This document shows, one piece after another, positions 46,145 through 54,777 of a stretch of DNA of 64,000 nucleotides (its first letter is position 1; each line of letters opens with the position of its first letter). The position numbers were made by a program, and so were the translations under genes. The DNA comes from an uncultured Planctomycetia bacterium (GTDB lineage Bacteria > Omnitrophota > Gorgyraeia > Velamenicoccales > Velamenicoccaceae). The DNA lies in NCBI GenBank assembly GCA_964471325.1, contig CAYYFL010000008.1:20879-84878 (forward strand), in the 5' to 3' direction. The notes beneath the pieces were generated by a model, which saw nothing but the letters and a program-made list of their open reading frames with translations, did no database searches and was not told where the DNA came from.

Positions 46145-46596
46145 AAAAGGATGGTTTTAGCTTAATTGAACTGAGCCTTGTTTTCGCGATAGCTTTCCTA
46201 TCGCTGGGGGCGGCTTTTTATTCTGCGGCCAGAATGAGGCAGAGCGCTCTAGCCATGAGGACGATCCAGGAGCTGGATGCCTTGGCGAGCGCAAGCGCTC
46301 AATATTACCTGGAGAGCGGGGCGTGGCCGCAAGATGTGGCGGATCTGCGGCCCGCCTACCTCAGTCCTCAGGCAACAGACGTTAATCCTTTTGGCAATGT
46401 TTATGCCATAACAGGCGGCGCCTCAAGCGTCACTGTTTCGACAGCGCTGCCGAAGGGGCTCATAACGCCTGAAAATTCTGGCAGCGAGATTGTGGTTCAG
46501 AATCAAGGCGCCAATGATCTGGTCAGCGTCGCAAGGTCCGTTGAGAGCACAACGTGGGGACTGCAGTATGACAAAAAGAATATCTTCCATCAATAA
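46126..46596 (+). CDS. type IV minor pilin
   Basis: MDCDILKKDGFSLIELSLVFAIAFL: prepilin motif G|FSLIE. Overlaps the previous gene by 19 nt. Confidence 0.75.
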   Translation: MDCDILKKDGFSLIELSLVFAIAFLSLGAAFYSAARMRQSALAMRTIQELDALASASAQYYLESGAWPQDVADLRPAYLSPQATDVNPFGNVYAITGGASSVTVSTALPKGLITPENSGSEIVVQNQGANDLVSVARSVESTTWGLQYDKKNIFHQ

Positions 46597-47401
46597 AAAG
46601 GGATTTTCCTTAATCGAGCTATGCATTGTGATGGGGGTTTTGGCCATCCTTGCTTCATCCATCACGCCGGTCTTTATCAAAAGGATTCAGATCAAGGCAG
46701 CTGAAAAGACCGCGCTTGAAATGGCCAATATCCAGCAGGCGGCTTGCGCTTATTTTGTCACAAACGACGCCTGGCCTGACAGTATTCAGACGCTGGAAAC
46801 AGCGGGCTATCTTAATCCTTCTTGGAGCGCCAACAATCCCTGGCAGAATGCGTATAACATTTCATCGACGGCAACAGGCTTCAGCATCACGACTGTGGTG
46901 CCTCAGGAATGGACCAATCTTGTCGCAGGAAACTTGCCTACGAGCTCGGTCGCCGGCGGATCCGTGACGAGCACGGTTTCGGTGCCGGGGGCTATGCCTA
47001 ATGAATCGCTTCCTGCAGGCGCCATCGTCATCTGGTCCGGAACTGTTGCCAGCATTCCTTCGGGATGGCAGCTCTGCGATGGGACCAACGGTACGCCTGA
47101 TTTAAGGGACAGGTTCGTCGTAGGAGCAAGCCGGGATGTGGGAAGTATGGCTGAGACCAATGTCTTAGGGGTTTTGACCAAGGCAGGAGGTGAGGCCAAA
47201 CATACCTTGACCATAGCCGAGATGCCCCCGCATGCGCACTCTTACCGCTGGTGGAACGCATGGTATTTCTCGGGTAGTTCCGAGCTTGGCGCTAAAGGCA
47301 GTTATAATGACAATGCCCAGACAGGTATTACAGGAGGCGGGCAGCCTTTTGATATGCTGCCGCCTTATTATGCCCTATGTTTTATCATGAAGATGCCTTA
47401 A
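46568..47401 (+). CDS. type IV pilin fused to phage tail-collar (PF07484-like) domain; candidate tip adhesin (R64 PilV-position)
   Basis: N-terminus KKGFSLIELCIVMGVLAIL. C-terminus GWQLCDGTNGTPDLRDRFVVG...GGEAKHTLTIAEMPPHAH...GGGQPFDMLPPYYALCFIMK reproduces the collar-domain signature (GW..CDG, PDLRgRf, GGe..h.Lt..e.P.H.H, qP..n.pPy....yiI). Confidence 0.8.
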   Translation: MTKRISSINKKGFSLIELCIVMGVLAILASSITPVFIKRIQIKAAEKTALEMANIQQAACAYFVTNDAWPDSIQTLETAGYLNPSWSANNPWQNAYNISSTATGFSITTVVPQEWTNLVAGNLPTSSVAGGSVTSTVSVPGAMPNESLPAGAIVIWSGTVASIPSGWQLCDGTNGTPDLRDRFVVGASRDVGSMAETNVLGVLTKAGGEAKHTLTIAEMPPHAHSYRWWNAWYFSGSSELGAKGSYNDNAQTGITGGGQPFDMLPPYYALCFIMKMP

Positions 47402-47619
47402 GGTTCAGGCGATTCCTGTTTTGTCTGTTTTTCCTGGCAGCATCTTCTTCGGTCTGTTTTGCTTCTCAGGATGTCATTGATTTGGGAGAGGAAGGTTTCA
47501 GTTGCCCTCTGACGCTTAGAGTCAATGAAAAGAGTTTGTCTGTGATAAACGAAGAAGCCAATGTTATTGCAGATTCAAGGTAGAATGGTTAGAAATCTAT
47601 TATCTTTGTGATCGTCGAC

Positions 47620-48132
47620 TTATATCCCGAGGGTCTTCTTGATGTCTTTTATTAAAAGATACAAGTGCAATGGATCAATCGGTGAAGGTTCAAAGCCGAA
47701 ATGTTCATAAAATGATTTAGCACGTTCGTGTTTCGCATGGACGAAAATAGCCCGTCCGCCAATACTGTCAGCCGCGGCAACAATGCGCACCAGCGCATCG
47801 CGCAATAAGGCTTTGCCTAGACCACTACCTTGTTCGATTTTATCGACAGCCAGGCGCGCAAGAATGACCACGGGGACAGGATGGTTGGCCAATCCTTTGC
47901 CTACGCGTTGAGGGGTATCCTCTTTGCTTATGGAGCCGGGGGTGAGGGTGTAATATCCCACAACCTGCTTATTTTTGGTTGTGACATAGGTTCTTGAAGA
48001 ACCATTTTGGTTATTGATGAGCGCAAATTTTCGCAGGTAGGAATTCAGGGCTTCATCCCCGCAATCAAAATCATCGATTGCGTGAGATTCATGGAGCAAA
48101 ACAGGAGTGTCTAAAGAAGATCCTTTACTCAT
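47620..48132 (-). CDS. GNAT-family acetyltransferase toxin (TacT/KacT-like)
   Basis: FDCGDEALNSYL, YVTTKNKQVVGYYTL and RLAVDKIEQGSGLGKALL are typical of DUF1778-partnered GNAT toxins. Overlaps the antitoxin stop by 8 nt. Confidence 0.8.
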   Translation of the reverse strand: MSKGSSLDTPVLLHESHAIDDFDCGDEALNSYLRKFALINNQNGSSRTYVTTKNKQVVGYYTLTPGSISKEDTPQRVGKGLANHPVPVVILARLAVDKIEQGSGLGKALLRDALVRIVAAADSIGGRAIFVHAKHERAKSFYEHFGFEPSPIDPLHLYLLIKDIKKTLGI

Positions 48133-48400
48133 TAAAAATGTTTTGTTCCTGGAAAAGCTTCTTAAGCCTGGGGATTTCTCTGGCCGGGCTATCAAGAGCG
48201 GCACAGAAGGCTTTCCATTGGGCTTGAGGCAGTTGGAAGTGGGTTTTGTCGGCTATCAATTCTTCCGCTTCTTTCAAGGCGCTATCGAGAACAAAAGCTG
48301 ATAGCTTCTTGTGATGAAGGGAGGCCGCATATACAAGAAGATTTTTTTGGGAGCTCTCAATGCGTAAATCAATACGTCTATTTTTTTGTGCTATGGCCAT
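48125..48400 (-). CDS. DUF1778-family RHH antitoxin (TacA-like)
   Basis: RIDLRIESSQKNLLVYAASLHHKKLSAFVLDSALKEAEELI matches the DUF1778 pattern. ATG 48400 is preferred to the track start. Confidence 0.85.
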   Translation of the reverse strand: MAIAQKNRRIDLRIESSQKNLLVYAASLHHKKLSAFVLDSALKEAEELIADKTHFQLPQAQWKAFCAALDSPAREIPRLKKLFQEQNIFNE

Positions 48401-48450
48401 GATTCGTCTCCTTTCTTTAGGTAATAAAAATATAACATATAGTACACACA

Positions 48451-49377
48451 TTGTCCACACTAAATTTAAAATATTTTAAAAAGGCATTTAGCCTCATTTT
48501 GTTGCTAAGCCTGTGTTTTGTTTCCAGCAGGGCTAATGCCCTTGAGCTTGGCGATATCTCCGGGATGATTGATTGGAATTGCCTGGATCTAAAGGTGATC
48601 GGAACCTGTGTTGGGCCTTTTGGCATGCCTGGCATTATCATTATGTACTGGGAGCCGGCACTTCTCATTGAAACTGTCAAGCGGCCCGGTGATACGGTTA
48701 TCGGATCGTTGCAACCCGAGCTCTCAAATCTTGTGACCCAGGCCGTCAAGGATTTCGCTAAAAGTTTAGGCGCATCATCCATGCCTGTTTCAAGCGGATC
48801 AGGCTCATCGAAGATCGATGAGACGAACCTGCAATTTAATGAGGCGCACGTGTATGGGCTTCCTTTTAAAGATGAGATTATGGCATCTTTGGGCATGACA
48901 TGCCCGGACAAGCTTCCGACAGGTTCTTTGATCAAATATCTTTCAGAACTGGATGCTTCGGAGTGGCGAATTGGGGTTCTGGAAGCCTCTAACCCCAAGA
49001 GCATGGCTTCAGCTGCAGCTGGCCCGGCCTGCGCTGTGATAGCCAGTTTTATGAATGATTTGTGCATGGGGTATTGGGGAGCGACCTATCCAAGAAGAGG
49101 CTTTTTTACGCATCAAAGCCAGGTCGTAGGAAGCGCGGTTGCAGCGGTCCGGGCTGTGAGCATTGCTTCAGGTTTAAATATACCTGGACATGTTGTTTTT
49201 GAAGGCACTGGTTTTGTGCCGTTTTTTGAAAACGACAAGCTGCAATTGATTTATCCTGTTGTATCAGGGTGCATCAAAATAGGCCAGAATCCGGCATCCT
49301 GGGAATCCGGCAAGCTGTCCGCTTCAGGCAAATACCTGTGGCTGTATTGGCGAAGAAGAATATGCTGCGTGTATTAG
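48451..49377 (+). CDS. traU: TraU-like periplasmic T4SS protein
   Basis: Signal peptide. MYWEPALLIETVKRPGD parallels F TraU SMWEPARLIEFQRVPGC. TTG is the only possible start before the signal peptide. Confidence 0.75.
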   Translation: MSTLNLKYFKKAFSLILLLSLCFVSSRANALELGDISGMIDWNCLDLKVIGTCVGPFGMPGIIIMYWEPALLIETVKRPGDTVIGSLQPELSNLVTQAVKDFAKSLGASSMPVSSGSGSSKIDETNLQFNEAHVYGLPFKDEIMASLGMTCPDKLPTGSLIKYLSELDASEWRIGVLEASNPKSMASAAAGPACAVIASFMNDLCMGYWGATYPRRGFFTHQSQVVGSAVAAVRAVSIASGLNIPGHVVFEGTGFVPFFENDKLQLIYPVVSGCIKIGQNPASWESGKLSASGKYLWLYWRRRICCVY

Positions 49378-49877
49378 GTGTCAGTTTCTTTGTGTTGTTG
49401 GTGGTTTTGCCTTTGGGCTTTTGCCAGGAGAGCGATTGCAGCGAATGTTCTAAAGGCATAGCTGATCTAAATCCTGGCTTAAAGGAAAAAATAGAGGAAA
49501 TACAGAGACAAGCCTATGACAGGATGAGCGGGGTAGGGCAAGATCAGAATTCCGAGATTATATTATTCATCGATCCGGATTCCGACTTTTCAGACACCGT
49601 TGTCAGCGCTCTTGTGAATTTCAAAAAAGAGAATCCAGGATGGATTGTCAAGACTGTCATTGTTACCAATGATAAGCAGGGTTTGAAGAACAGGCTGATT
49701 CGGAAACGGGATTATTTCAATAACGGTATGGAGTTCGATATTGACTTTAATGGTAATCTGACAAGGCAGTTTGGCATCGATAAGACTCCTAGCTATGTCA
49801 TTTTTCGTGATGGGAAGCATTGCATAATAACAGGCCGGACTGATCTGAGCGAGATCATTGAGCAGCTTAATAAATGA
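49362..49877 (+). CDS. TrbC/TraW-like periplasmic T4SS assembly protein
   Basis: Signal peptide. ILFIDPDS and FDIDFNGNLTRQFGIDKTPSYVIF resemble the F TrbC/TraW pattern (vFvS.SMP ... IdP.lF..f.I..VPa.V). Confidence 0.5.
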   Translation: MLRVLGVSFFVLLVVLPLGFCQESDCSECSKGIADLNPGLKEKIEEIQRQAYDRMSGVGQDQNSEIILFIDPDSDFSDTVVSALVNFKKENPGWIVKTVIVTNDKQGLKNRLIRKRDYFNNGMEFDIDFNGNLTRQFGIDKTPSYVIFRDGKHCIITGRTDLSEIIEQLNK

Positions 49878-50605
49878 GATGTCTTTTGATATTGATTACT
49901 TTGTTTGTCTATACGCCTTTTGCCTGTAGTGAGGGGATGTTTCAATACGACAGGATCGATTTTTTTAAAGAACCGGATGCAAGAAAAGATATTGTTTCAG
50001 AACCAAGGCGGAAGAACTTTGAATCAATAGAGAGCGAATGGGCTGAGCCTGTTGTCAATCCTTCAGGCGAAGTGACTATTTATGTACCGCCTAAAGAGGT
50101 GAGGGATTTTCTTGATAAACCTGATCCTGAAAATGCCAGAGCATACCTCGAATGGAACTTAAACAGGATCAGAAAATTCGTCACGGCCCAGGAGATGCTT
50201 GCCAAACAAGCAGAGACGCTTAATCAGCCAGAGAAAGACAATGGTGCGGCGGACGCAGATTCGCATCAGACGAATTCGACAAACGGTGCTTCCAAAGATT
50301 CTGTCCCTCAGGGAGATTACCTGTTTTTCTTTATGTTAAAAGGCTGTCTTGCCTGCGAAAAAGAAGCCCGCGTCATAGAAAGCATCTATCTCACCCACCC
50401 TGAAATCAGGATCCAGGCTTTTGCCAGAGGTTTTGGCGATGACGACTTGAGAAAATTTATGTTTCCTGCGATAGAGGATAAGGGGATGAGCGCCTTATTC
50501 AAGATCGAGTCTTATCCGACGATCGTCGTATTTAACAGTAAAAGACAAAAGTATTTCCTCTCTGGACTTGCGGACAAAGAGAAGATACTAAAATTATTCA
50601 GATGA
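49874..50605 (+). CDS. traF: TraF-like thioredoxin-fold T4SS protein with CxxC
   Basis: LFFFMLKGCLACEKEARVIE ... FPAIEDKGMSALFKIESYPTIVVF follows the F TraF pattern (fFF.s.C..C ... fP....d.G.a..l.v...Pa). Confidence 0.65.
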   Translation: MRCLLILITLFVYTPFACSEGMFQYDRIDFFKEPDARKDIVSEPRRKNFESIESEWAEPVVNPSGEVTIYVPPKEVRDFLDKPDPENARAYLEWNLNRIRKFVTAQEMLAKQAETLNQPEKDNGAADADSHQTNSTNGASKDSVPQGDYLFFFMLKGCLACEKEARVIESIYLTHPEIRIQAFARGFGDDDLRKFMFPAIEDKGMSALFKIESYPTIVVFNSKRQKYFLSGLADKEKILKLFR

Positions 50606-51882
50606 AAAGGATCATTCTTTTGTGGATCTTTGTCTTTATCGGCGCTTGTGCAAGCTATGCGGATATCTTCACAAAAGACGATTCAACGCCTTATACCATT
50701 GAGAGCGCGGTTTCGGAAGATAATTCAGGGTTTTATTACAGAGGGGGCGTTGACTATAATCCTCCGGTTGCCCCGCAAGAGCCCGGCGTAGGCTATTCCA
50801 TTGTCAGCGGATCAAAAGGTTGCAGCGGCTTCGATTTTGCCTCAAGTTTCACGTCGCTTTTCTCCCAGCAGATATTAGAGGACTATTTGAAGGGTATATC
50901 CAGTGCTGCCATGGCAGCTGCGCCGATGCTGCTTTTAGAGTATGTTTCGCCGACCTTGGCGGATATCGTAAAACATTTCAACAGCATGACGAATATGAGG
51001 TTGGGTTTAAGATATGCCCAGTGCGAGGATATCGAGAAGGCGGCTGGCGCCTACATCGACAAGTTAAGGAAAACAAGCGAAGACGTGTGCGTCAAAGAGA
51101 AGGTGGCCCAGGGCTTTGATATCGATTCAGCGCTTAAGGTCTGCAAAGGCAAAAGTGATCCGTTTGCATACCTGAAGAATGCCGATGGTATTCCTCTGCT
51201 AGGGGGAGGCAAGATAGAAGTTATTTCCGATATCTTAAAGAAGATAAATATTCCTGAAGGCAGGAAGGATTTCGTCAAGTCGGTGGTCGGTGAAACCACC
51301 ATCACGTCTTCGCAGATTGAGAACAATAAGGGACAGAAGTCTATCTACAGTGTGAATGAAGATTTTAGGAACGATGCTATGGCCAAGCTTGCGTCCTTGG
51401 TGGATGGGTATATTACATCAAGAAGCATTTCAGAGGATGCGTTAAAAGAAATTTCACTGCCGAATAGCCCGATAGTTGACGAACAGATTAAAGAGATTGT
51501 TCTTATGCCAAGGGCAAAGCAGTACATAGCCATTGCCAAGTTAGCTTCTAACATGGCCTATTTTCAAACCATCGCCAAATACCGCCAGGCCCTGGACGAT
51601 CTGCTTGAGGCCATGCGTACATCAGGTCTTGATGATGTGCAGCGAGGGGTCTTGGAGAGGGGCTATAACGCTTTAAAAGAAGAATTCGAAAGATTCAAGG
51701 AGGAAAGGCAGATCTATAAAGATTATAATGAGACAATAGCAGGTGTCTTATCGGAGGCCGAGAGAGAAAAGCTAAATATTATCATCAACGATGATGGAAC
51801 GGATTCGTATTTTAACGATTCCACAGAAAATCAGGACAAAAAAGAGATGTATCTGTCCGTATCCGAAGAGAAAAAAGAATAG
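50602..51882 (+). CDS. traH: TraH-like T4SS protein
   Basis: Signal peptide. GCSGFDFASSFTSLFSQQILEDYLKGISSAAMAAAPMLLLEYVSP parallels F TraH GGCGGIDLYLGSFSFINKEQLVQMLRNIASNAAGYAFQLALDAMCP. Confidence 0.7.
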   Translation: MKRIILLWIFVFIGACASYADIFTKDDSTPYTIESAVSEDNSGFYYRGGVDYNPPVAPQEPGVGYSIVSGSKGCSGFDFASSFTSLFSQQILEDYLKGISSAAMAAAPMLLLEYVSPTLADIVKHFNSMTNMRLGLRYAQCEDIEKAAGAYIDKLRKTSEDVCVKEKVAQGFDIDSALKVCKGKSDPFAYLKNADGIPLLGGGKIEVISDILKKINIPEGRKDFVKSVVGETTITSSQIENNKGQKSIYSVNEDFRNDAMAKLASLVDGYITSRSISEDALKEISLPNSPIVDEQIKEIVLMPRAKQYIAIAKLASNMAYFQTIAKYRQALDDLLEAMRTSGLDDVQRGVLERGYNALKEEFERFKEERQIYKDYNETIAGVLSEAEREKLNIIINDDGTDSYFNDSTENQDKKEMYLSVSEEKKE

Positions 51883-52096
51883 CTTGGTTTATCTTGAGGA
51901 GTAGAACCTCAAATGATAAAATGCAGACAGGTTTATCATAATTCTTGGTTACTCCTTGATGCAAGTATCGCATATAATTTAAGGGATTTGGAATAAAATA
52001 GTTATGGCAAAGCAATTGTTAATGCAATCTTATTTTGGTGTGATATATAATGATAAACGATAATAAGCAATGTAACCATTGGGAAGAGGTCTACCC

Positions 52097-52273
52097 ATGG
52101 TAAAAATTGAAACTTATCTTACGGTAAGGCAAGTTGCGAGACAGCTGGGCTTATCGGAATATATGGTTAGGCAGCTTATCCGCGATAAGGAAATGCGGGC
52201 GACAAAAATCAGACAGTGACGAGTAAGGCCTGAGGATTTAGATAATTTTATCAGGGCGAGGACTAAAAAGTAG
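52097..52273 (+). pseudogene. excisionase/AlpA-type HTH gene interrupted by an in-frame TGA at the conserved Trp position
   Basis: Manual translation gives MVKIETYLTVRQVARQLGLSEYMVRQLIRDKEMRATKIRQ-TGA(52217-52219)-RVRPEDLDNFIRARTKK-TAG. The family consensus is ...vkiGrrWripredLe.fl. Confidence 0.5.
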
Positions 52274-52365
52274 AAAGTGTTAAAGACAATTATTCCCTTA
52301 CAAAAACAGGTCGTTAATGGAAGCTGTCTTTGTTGTTTCAGAGATTTAATAGGGAGGTTTAAACA

Positions 52366-54039
52366 ATGAAGAAGAAATCACAGATTAAGCAATTGGAATT
52401 ACCATTCAAGGTTAATAAGGAAGTCGTTAGCCATTTGAGTTTGGGCTTATACAGAAATTTCGCAAGAGCGATTAAGGAACTGATCTCTAATGCATACGAT
52501 GCTGGTGCCACAGAAGTTAAAATCAAGCTGGATCTCGATAAGGCAGAGATTATTGTGAGGGATAACGGCCATGGGATGAGTCTCGAGGATATCGAAAATA
52601 AATTTCTTACAATTGGTTTTGTAACTTCTCCATCTGACAAACCAGATGAACTCGGAAGATATCGAATAGGCACATTTGGGATAGGTTGTCTTTCTGTTTT
52701 TCCATATTGCGATACTATCCATGTAATAACAAAAAAACGAGACAATGACGAATTAATTGAGCTAAATATTGTAACGCAGCGTTTTTTCAGTGGGGTACCA
52801 TCTGATATTGACAAAGAAAAGGCACAATGTATTATTCATAAAAGCGATTTACCCAAAAAAGAGGGGGAAACAATCATATCTCTGAAAAACATAAAACCTC
52901 ACCTAATTAAAGAGCTGCGACAGAAACGAGGCTCTGGTTGGTCCAGCATAGATAAGTTTAGCGGTTTTGAAAAATTTAAATGGACACTGAGTCAATATGC
53001 GCCAATTGAGTTTTCTTCGGATCATAAAGAATTACATGATTTTTTCAGCGTGTCTAAAAGAGTCTCCATGAGACTATGGCTTGATGGAGAAGAGCTTTTT
53101 CGGAATATTCCTGAAAATATGGAAATCCTTGAAAAAGGAGAAGAAAAATTTGGGAAAGTCGTAGTTAAATATGTTATTACAACATCAAAAAAACCGGTCG
53201 AGCCAGAGGAAGCAAGAGGGCTGCAAGTCAGACTCAGAGATGTCGCAGTGGGATTGCCAACGGATTTTGAGGTTACAAAATTTACTGGCAAAGTTCCAGG
53301 GAAATTGAATTATTTATCAGGAGAAGTCTGCATTATGGAGGGTCTTGATTCAGCGCTTATGATTGACAGAGATAATTTTTCGTATACAGAAGAAGTGGCT
53401 GAAATGCAGGAGTTTTTCAGAAAGAAGCTGATTAAATGGAACGACGTTCAGGAAAAGTGGGCTTCAAAAGACAAGGATATTTATGAAGCATTGATGCCGC
53501 TGAAAGATTCTGAGCCGATAATCAATGAATTGAAAAAAGCAAAAATAATCCATTTCTCAAAAGAAAGATTAAGGCTTCCTAGGGAGTCTTTAGTAAAAAG
53601 AGTCAAAGACAAGTTGATCTCGCCAGCTGAAACAATAAAAAAGGCGCTGTCTGATAAGACGGATTTTAAGATCATCTCAAAGAAGCAAAGTGTTAAGGCT
53701 AATCAGCCTGCATTGGAAATCAAGCAAAAAGAAAAATCAATAGTTATTTATGAGGATCATCCTGAATTTTCTGAAATAATTGAAGTTGAAAACAAGAAAT
53801 TTTCTGTCCTTTACGATGAGTGGAATTACAAGAAAACCCAGTATGCATTGTGCAAATTTGAGAAAGACGAAAAGAACGTTGTTTTTAACTCATCTCATCC
53901 TCTCTTTAAGAGCAAAATAAATGATGAGATTATTAAGAGAATAGCCCTTGGTTTCCTCTTGATTGCTAAGAATAGGAAGGATGGGGGAAAATTGCTCAGT
54001 GAATTAAATGGCCTCCTTGAAGATGTGTTCAAGAGATAA
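52366..54039 (+). CDS. GHKL-superfamily ATPase (HATPase_c_3 / MORC-paraMORC-like)
   Basis: Bergerat-fold boxes: N-box KELISNAYDAGA, G1 VRDNGHGMS, G2 IGTFGIGCLS. The ~380-aa C-terminal region is unassigned. Confidence 0.8.
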   Translation: MKKKSQIKQLELPFKVNKEVVSHLSLGLYRNFARAIKELISNAYDAGATEVKIKLDLDKAEIIVRDNGHGMSLEDIENKFLTIGFVTSPSDKPDELGRYRIGTFGIGCLSVFPYCDTIHVITKKRDNDELIELNIVTQRFFSGVPSDIDKEKAQCIIHKSDLPKKEGETIISLKNIKPHLIKELRQKRGSGWSSIDKFSGFEKFKWTLSQYAPIEFSSDHKELHDFFSVSKRVSMRLWLDGEELFRNIPENMEILEKGEEKFGKVVVKYVITTSKKPVEPEEARGLQVRLRDVAVGLPTDFEVTKFTGKVPGKLNYLSGEVCIMEGLDSALMIDRDNFSYTEEVAEMQEFFRKKLIKWNDVQEKWASKDKDIYEALMPLKDSEPIINELKKAKIIHFSKERLRLPRESLVKRVKDKLISPAETIKKALSDKTDFKIISKKQSVKANQPALEIKQKEKSIVIYEDHPEFSEIIEVENKKFSVLYDEWNYKKTQYALCKFEKDEKNVVFNSSHPLFKSKINDEIIKRIALGFLLIAKNRKDGGKLLSELNGLLEDVFKR

Positions 54040-54047
54040 GGGTTACT

Positions 54048-54773
54048 ATGGCAGATTTAGACACGCTGAGAGGGCAACTAATAGAGGAGCTGTGGCTTCC
54101 TGTTGTTAAAGAAGCAGGCAAACATTTTTATGGTAGGCGAAAGAATAAAAGAATGAGGCTTTTTACGCTCACAGATGGAGTTCTTTTCGGCGAACTGATA
54201 AGATTTGAGGGGGAGGGCTTGATACAAAGAGGAGATGCTGTATTGTGGGTTAGCAATATGATTAAAGCAGTCAGGGCGGAAACAGAGTCAAGAGGCTCTG
54301 TTTATAGCGGCTCAATATGCGACGAGGAAGTGTTAGGCACAGTATGCCCCTTAAGATCCTTGTTTCCATGCGATATTTTGAATCTTGATTTTTCATCACA
54401 AGATTATAATTCTAATAATCAAAGAATTGAGAAAGAGATAGGGAAAACAGAACAATTTTTGTGTTTGCAGAACCAAAAGCGCAATCCTGGGTTCGTAGTC
54501 TTGCAGAGTACTGTTATTGATGCAGAGGTTTTAGATAGGGATGCTATCAAAAATTTTTCTGATTCTATGCACGAGAATGACTGGGGTGGTTTGACAATAG
54601 ATGGCTTTCCTCAACTTGTTGCAGACAATGGGCAAAAGAGGAATTTTATCAAACAAGTATTGCAATCCTTGGGTCAGAAATATAAATACAGAGCTTTAAA
54701 AATAACAGATGCTGTTAAGATAATTGATGCCAACCAGCAACTAATTTCAATAGCTGGTATTTTTACGAGGTAA
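54048..54773 (+). CDS. hypothetical protein (possible Rossmann/methyltransferase-like fold)
   Basis: Tightly packed in the operon. LFPCDILNLDFSSQD resembles the D.i.LDpfG-type motif of some MTase-fold proteins. No confident family. Confidence 0.45.
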   Translation: MADLDTLRGQLIEELWLPVVKEAGKHFYGRRKNKRMRLFTLTDGVLFGELIRFEGEGLIQRGDAVLWVSNMIKAVRAETESRGSVYSGSICDEEVLGTVCPLRSLFPCDILNLDFSSQDYNSNNQRIEKEIGKTEQFLCLQNQKRNPGFVVLQSTVIDAEVLDRDAIKNFSDSMHENDWGGLTIDGFPQLVADNGQKRNFIKQVLQSLGQKYKYRALKITDAVKIIDANQQLISIAGIFTR

Positions 54774-54777
54774 CAAT

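Noticed and set aside
47377-47583. 68-aa ORF with a hydrophobic N-terminus after the adhesin pilin gene.
   Set aside because: It overlaps the pilin 3' end, has no SD and matches no family. I left it uncalled, although a small secreted protein cannot be excluded.
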